A stretch of DNA of 64,000 nt from a virus. Under the pieces are notes generated by a model, which did not search any database, was not told the origin of the DNA, and saw only the letters and a list, made by a program, of their open reading frames with translations. The stretch lies in IMG/VR virus record IMGVR_UViG_3300013117_000027, one strand, 5' to 3'. Each line of letters begins with the position of its first letter. Positions within the stretch are counted from its first letter, which is position 1. Below, one piece after another: positions 60,130 to 64,000 of the stretch. The position numbers were made by a program, and so were the translations under genes.

Positions 60130-60256
60130 AAGACATGCTGGATTTTCACCAGCTCCACACTTACTTCGGGACCTGTTTTTCATACGTATACGATCCTCAC
60201 ATTCCACGTTACACGCGCGGTGTGGCCTAGCAGCATGAATAACATGCTTATGTCTT
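60130..60256 (-). ncRNA. Expanded tRNA-like structured RNA
   Basis: AAGACAT/ATGTCTT closing stem, GCATG-TTATT-CATGC hairpin, CCACAC/GTGTGG branched domain, T-arm-like GCTGG-TGAAAAT-CCAGC. Confidence 0.45.
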
Positions 60257-60303
60257 TTCCCAATGTATGTTACTCGTGTAAAGTACATACTATTGATAAC
60301 TGA

Positions 60304-60468
60304 TTAACCTGATCTCTCAGTGGAACATACCGTACATCTATATGATGTAGATGCTGTTGTACCTTTTAATGTAGAGTTCATTACTCGCATATTTTGGCCA
60401 TACTTACCGTCTTGGTACTGGTTAATACATTTAGGTCCGCCGTTACATTTTAAAACTTTAGCTGCCAT
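60304..60468 (-). CDS. Small Cys-rich (zinc-binding) phage protein, 54 aa
   Basis: MAAKVLKCNGGPKCINQYQDGKYGQNMRVMN...YRCTVC; below the ORF-track cutoff; overlaps the previous gene end. Confidence 0.55.
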   Translation of the reverse strand: MAAKVLKCNGGPKCINQYQDGKYGQNMRVMNSTLKGTTASTSYRCTVCSTERSG

Positions 60469-60676
60469 CTTTTTTCTTCCTTAATTTTATTGTTTTACCA
60501 CGTTTAGATTTTCTTACTACCTCTTTTATAGATAGTTTTGAGTCTCCACCACAGTCCATTGTGTCAGCAATGTCATCTGGTAGACCACAACAATCAGCAG
60601 ATAAGAAGTCACATCCACTGCAACCATACTCATCTGGTTCTTTTACTACATGAATACTATACTTTTCTGATTTCAT
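60458..60676 (-). CDS. Small Cys-rich hypothetical protein
   Basis: CSGCDF..CC...C; start at ATG 60676 after AAAGG. Confidence 0.5.
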   Translation of the reverse strand: MKSEKYSIHVVKEPDEYGCSGCDFLSADCCGLPDDIADTMDCGGDSKLSIKEVVRKSKRGKTIKLRKKKDGS

Positions 60677-60791
60677 ATATACCTTTAAGTTAGCCATGGT
60701 ACCAAGATAGTTGTCGAGCTGTGCTCCCATACACAGCGATTTAATTCAGATTGCCAGTTCACTCTGCGATAGGTTTTATTTATTTGTTCGA

Positions 60792-61625
60792 CTATAGGTT
60801 ATGTTTAAGAAGGAACTCAGGATTGATACTACCATCGTATAAGAACTTAAGTTCTAATACTTCGCTTGGTTTAATATCGATCTCATCAATATTACGTTTA
60901 GCGTTAAGTTTAGACTCGTCTAAAAGTTCATGATATGAGTATAGTTTCTTTCCTTTTCTTCCAGTTTTTTGTCTCTTACTAAATTGTTCCATAAATAGTT
61001 CTAAGTCTTCTTTAAGATAGTTTTGTCTTTCGTCTTCGAAGTTTAAAGTTGCATCGTCTCCATATAGATATAATGCTAATCTATCATATGACTTAGCAGC
61101 CTCAATCTCATCGTCATAACATTTACGATATCGTTTACCCATATATGTTATATGAGTCTCGTATGTATTAAATTTTGTAGGAAATACTCCACAATATTTG
61201 TGTGTAGTTTTTCGTTTACCTTGATGTGATATAGCTGATCTACCGTAAACTTTCTTTTTCTCTTCTTTAGACATTTCCTTAAATCTTTTAACTTGAGATT
61301 TAGACATCTTTTCACGGACTTCTTTTGAGAATACTTTTAACCCATCTTCTTGGTTTATCATGTTATAACCTATTGTAGGATCCATACTATTTAAAGTATC
61401 TATCCATCTCGCTTCAGCACGTATAAGTTCTTTTTCACATGAAACTTTTTCTACAACTTGAAACTCAAAGTTTTCAAAACCGTATTTTCTTAATGCTCTA
61501 TGAAATGCATATTCAGTATGTTTATAAGCTCTTTTATGAGTGCTTATCCGTTCTTCTAAAGACTTAGTGGTAAGACCTATATAGATCTTACTATTTACTT
61601 TGTTAGTAGCCTTATAAATATTCAT
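60792..61625 (-). CDS. Free-standing GIY-YIG homing endonuclease with AP2-like DNA-binding domain
   Basis: NIYKATNKVNSKIYIGLT..R..H, GYN, YCGV...EAAKSYD...YGDDATLNF; AAAGGA RBS. Confidence 0.88.
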   Translation of the reverse strand: MNIYKATNKVNSKIYIGLTTKSLEERISTHKRAYKHTEYAFHRALRKYGFENFEFQVVEKVSCEKELIRAEARWIDTLNSMDPTIGYNMINQEDGLKVFSKEVREKMSKSQVKRFKEMSKEEKKKVYGRSAISHQGKRKTTHKYCGVFPTKFNTYETHITYMGKRYRKCYDDEIEAAKSYDRLALYLYGDDATLNFEDERQNYLKEDLELFMEQFSKRQKTGRKGKKLYSYHELLDESKLNAKRNIDEIDIKPSEVLELKFLYDGSINPEFLLKHNL

Positions 61626-61700
61626 TATAATCCTTTCATTATACAATATCTAGACTTGTTATCCAAGTCTTATACGTTATACTATACTATAATGTTCGGA

Positions 61701-62792
61701 TTAAAGCGACCATTTTAACAAGAATTCTGGGTTCACGCATTTAAAACTGATTCTACTGTCAGTCTTAAGTCTCCATACATCTCCTTCTTGTTTAATATCT
61801 GCTAACGTACTTCTTGATTTAGAAAGTTCTACAATGTCTGTCATCGAACCAGGAAGTCTTATATCTTCATCACGTATAGGTACGTGTTGTAGATCTACCT
61901 TGGCGCACATTGTTATAAACTTATCATAAGGTACATTCTCACCTTTATCTATATCATATATGTTGAAGGCATAGAAATCTAGTTCATTAAGTCTATACTT
62001 ATTTTTTTGAATGGCAGGTCCTACTATCTCACCTTGGATAGCATAGTTGCCACCAAGACGTCTTAACTTAGATCTTATGTTCTTCTTATAAAATATTGAC
62101 CAATAGTTATTTGTTGTTGGTCTCTTGAGCCATATGTTTCTAGAACATACAAACTCTTCAGTCTTATATGTGATACCTAAGAACTTCTTACGTACCATAG
62201 CAAATGTTGCTGATTGACCGTCTAACTTTTCTGTACGATAGAATATCAAATCTTTAAAGCGTCTCACAATAGATGGAGAAGATTGTATTCTTGTTTCATC
62301 TGTCTTCTTAAGGAAGTCTGGCCATCCACCCTTACGTTTTGTTGTAAGTTTTCTGAACCATTTATACCTAAGGAAGTATTTATATATACGTCCATGTTTA
62401 GCAGCTTCTGCAGCTTGTGCAGCCATTGCTTTTTCTGTAGCAAGTTCTGGATCATGCTTAACGACGTCTAAGATATCTGTTACGTCATCACCTTCTTTAA
62501 CAGACTCTTTTAATTTATTAGGGAAAGCAGTTATTGGTAATGCTAATCCCTGAGCGGCGAATCCCATAAACTTTGCTGTCTTAACACGGTACTTTCTTGA
62601 TTCCATGAACTCAAACTGTTCCCATGGAGGAAGTATACTGTCTATTTCAAAGTATACACAACGATCACCTTCTTTAAATTCGCCCTTTTTTACTATACAT
62701 TGCCAGCCAAGTATGTATGCCTTCTCGATAGTCTTAGCGCCTTTAATAGACTCTATCTGTTTGACTATCTGTATTGATGCTAGTTTTCTCAT
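61701..62792 (-). CDS. RNA ligase (Rnl2/DRB0094-like with N-terminal OB-like domain)
   Basis: RKLASIQ, YFEIDS, motif I TEKLDGQS, QGEIVG, FYAFNI, EGDVWR, SFK. Confidence 0.88.
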   Translation of the reverse strand: MRKLASIQIVKQIESIKGAKTIEKAYILGWQCIVKKGEFKEGDRCVYFEIDSILPPWEQFEFMESRKYRVKTAKFMGFAAQGLALPITAFPNKLKESVKEGDDVTDILDVVKHDPELATEKAMAAQAAEAAKHGRIYKYFLRYKWFRKLTTKRKGGWPDFLKKTDETRIQSSPSIVRRFKDLIFYRTEKLDGQSATFAMVRKKFLGITYKTEEFVCSRNIWLKRPTTNNYWSIFYKKNIRSKLRRLGGNYAIQGEIVGPAIQKNKYRLNELDFYAFNIYDIDKGENVPYDKFITMCAKVDLQHVPIRDEDIRLPGSMTDIVELSKSRSTLADIKQEGDVWRLKTDSRISFKCVNPEFLLKWSL

Positions 62793-62798
62793 TGTTCT

Positions 62799-63059
62799 CT
62801 ACTTGTATTCGTTAATCGTTTTTATGATAATATCTTCACGATTAATACCAGCCCATCTAGTGTGCTCGTTACCTTCATCATCTATAAGAATGATTGTAGG
62901 TGTGCGTGTTATATTATACTTAGTTCTTTCCTGCGAGTCTTTCTTCGCAGCATTTACCTTTGTTACAGGTATCTCGGTCTTTGTAGATACGTTATTTAGT
63001 ATCGATTCCATTAGCCGACATGGACTACATGTGGCCTGTGAAAAGAATAATAGTCTCAT
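62799..63059 (-). CDS. Thioredoxin-like protein
   Basis: FSQATCSPC, ITRTPTIIL. Confidence 0.8.
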   Translation of the reverse strand: MRLLFFSQATCSPCRLMESILNNVSTKTEIPVTKVNAAKKDSQERTKYNITRTPTIILIDDEGNEHTRWAGINREDIIIKTINEYK

Positions 63060-63637
63060 AGTTTCTCTTTCATATGTTTTAAACATTCTTTTACTCTATC
63101 ATCCATTGTTACAGATGTTATCTCAATGAAGTTCTTACAAGGAAATAACTCTTTTAATATGAATGTTATCTTAGCATCAGCTGCAGCTCTCCACTTCTCA
63201 TCGAAGTCTCGTGCAGGTCTTACTCCATCACTCACTGGTTTTATAACAGGAGGTAGATGAAATATGATGTCGTATCTCTGAGGAGTATTTATACGTGTTA
63301 GTTTTTTAAAGGTGTCATTCATCCATATAATATGCCTGGGATCGTTAACATCCCTAAGTTCCAGAGCGTATAGATACCCTAGATGCACGGGACTGTCTGT
63401 GATAATAATGTCTACATCTTTGCCCACAGAGTCTTCCCAATCTATCTGCTTTTCCATTATTCTAAATTGGTCTAGTAAGTTTTCTACAGGACCATACTTT
63501 ACTTGGTACCTTCTAGCGTACTCTTGTATAAGTTCTATGTTCTTGTAGTCTTTTATACCTCTACATGTTCCGGAGAGAACCCTAGCTGTTGATGTCTTAC
63601 CAGAGCCAGGAGTTCCTACAAATCCTATTCTTTTCAT
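63056..63637 (-). CDS. NadR/AAA_28-like P-loop kinase/ATPase
   Basis: GFVGTPGSGKTS, EYAR, IITDSP, DGVR; start at MKRIG. Confidence 0.8.
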   Translation of the reverse strand: MKRIGFVGTPGSGKTSTARVLSGTCRGIKDYKNIELIQEYARRYQVKYGPVENLLDQFRIMEKQIDWEDSVGKDVDIIITDSPVHLGYLYALELRDVNDPRHIIWMNDTFKKLTRINTPQRYDIIFHLPPVIKPVSDGVRPARDFDEKWRAAADAKITFILKELFPCKNFIEITSVTMDDRVKECLKHMKEKL

Positions 63638-63638
63638 C

Positions 63639-63989
63639 TTATTCCTTATCGTTAAACACGATAGTCTGGTGTTTATACATTCTTCCGACAATGTTTTGTG
63701 GACCAAGATAAGTTTTATCAGTTGCTTGAGGAACTGTTTCAGCGTCGACTTGGTTAAACGTATATATCTTAGTTTTATCGTTTATACGTCTTTCCGGTGC
63801 GTTTCCACACGAAACAACTGTTACTTTGTTACTTCCTGGCGTTATAACATCTGTTGCATCTACTGTAGTATCTACTACAAGGTAGTATCCACGTCTCATC
63901 TTTTCATTGTTATGAAGTTCTGTCATTGATTCTAAGTGAAATACATCACCGGTTTCTACTTTTGATTTTCTTGGTGCTACGTGTATCAT
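63639..63989 (-). CDS. Hypothetical protein
   Basis: AAGGA RBS at the window edge. Confidence 0.5.
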   Translation of the reverse strand: MIHVAPRKSKVETGDVFHLESMTELHNNEKMRRGYYLVVDTTVDATDVITPGSNKVTVVSCGNAPERRINDKTKIYTFNQVDAETVPQATDKTYLGPQNIVGRMYKHQTIVFNDKE

Positions 63990-64000
63990 TACGTTTCCTT

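Noticed and set aside
60750-60775. CGCAGAGTGAACTGG on the minus strand resembling a tRNA 5' end
   Set aside because: No matching anticodon arm, T arm or 3' acceptor strand.
60730-61700. Group I intron around the GIY-YIG gene (TATAGTC and CAATCCTGAG-like words near its 3' end)
   Set aside because: No interrupted host gene and no complete core could be assembled; the words fall in the duplicated ligase-tail codons.
1-64000. Genome-wide TAG recoding suggested by the CUA tRNA
   Set aside because: Genes are full length under code 11, and many end in TAG just before the next gene's RBS or start.

Overview
AT-rich fragment of a large tailed (myovirus-like) phage genome in standard code 11. (1) 1-31.9 kb: translationally coupled virion baseplate/tail operon (hub-like, gp25-like, baseplate J, a beta-helix protein, many large unknown structural proteins), an HNH homing endonuclease and a split patatin. 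(2) 31.9-41 kb: recombination/replication genes: Cas4-like nuclease, an iteron-like repeat, Rad52/Sak annealase split by a group I intron with a GIY-YIG endonuclease, and an intein-containing primase-helicase. (3) 41-55 kb: glycan locus with six glycosyltransferases, a methyltransferase and an FnlA/FnlC/RmlD-like trio for a UDP-2-acetamido-2,6-dideoxy-L-hexose; three of these genes carry inteins. (4) 55-64 kb: ClpP-like protease, sigma factor, HNH and GIY-YIG endonucleases, three aberrant tRNA-like RNAs (one amber CUA tRNA with a 72-nt variable arm), RNA ligase, thioredoxin and a P-loop kinase. Strongest candidates for new biology: a virion glycosylation system (Ser-Gly-enriched tail proteins plus the phage glycan locus), the tRNA-like array near an RNA ligase, and two unrelated homing endonucleases that each end in a recoded copy of the upstream gene's C-terminus. 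All calls come from reading motifs by eye; no searches were run.
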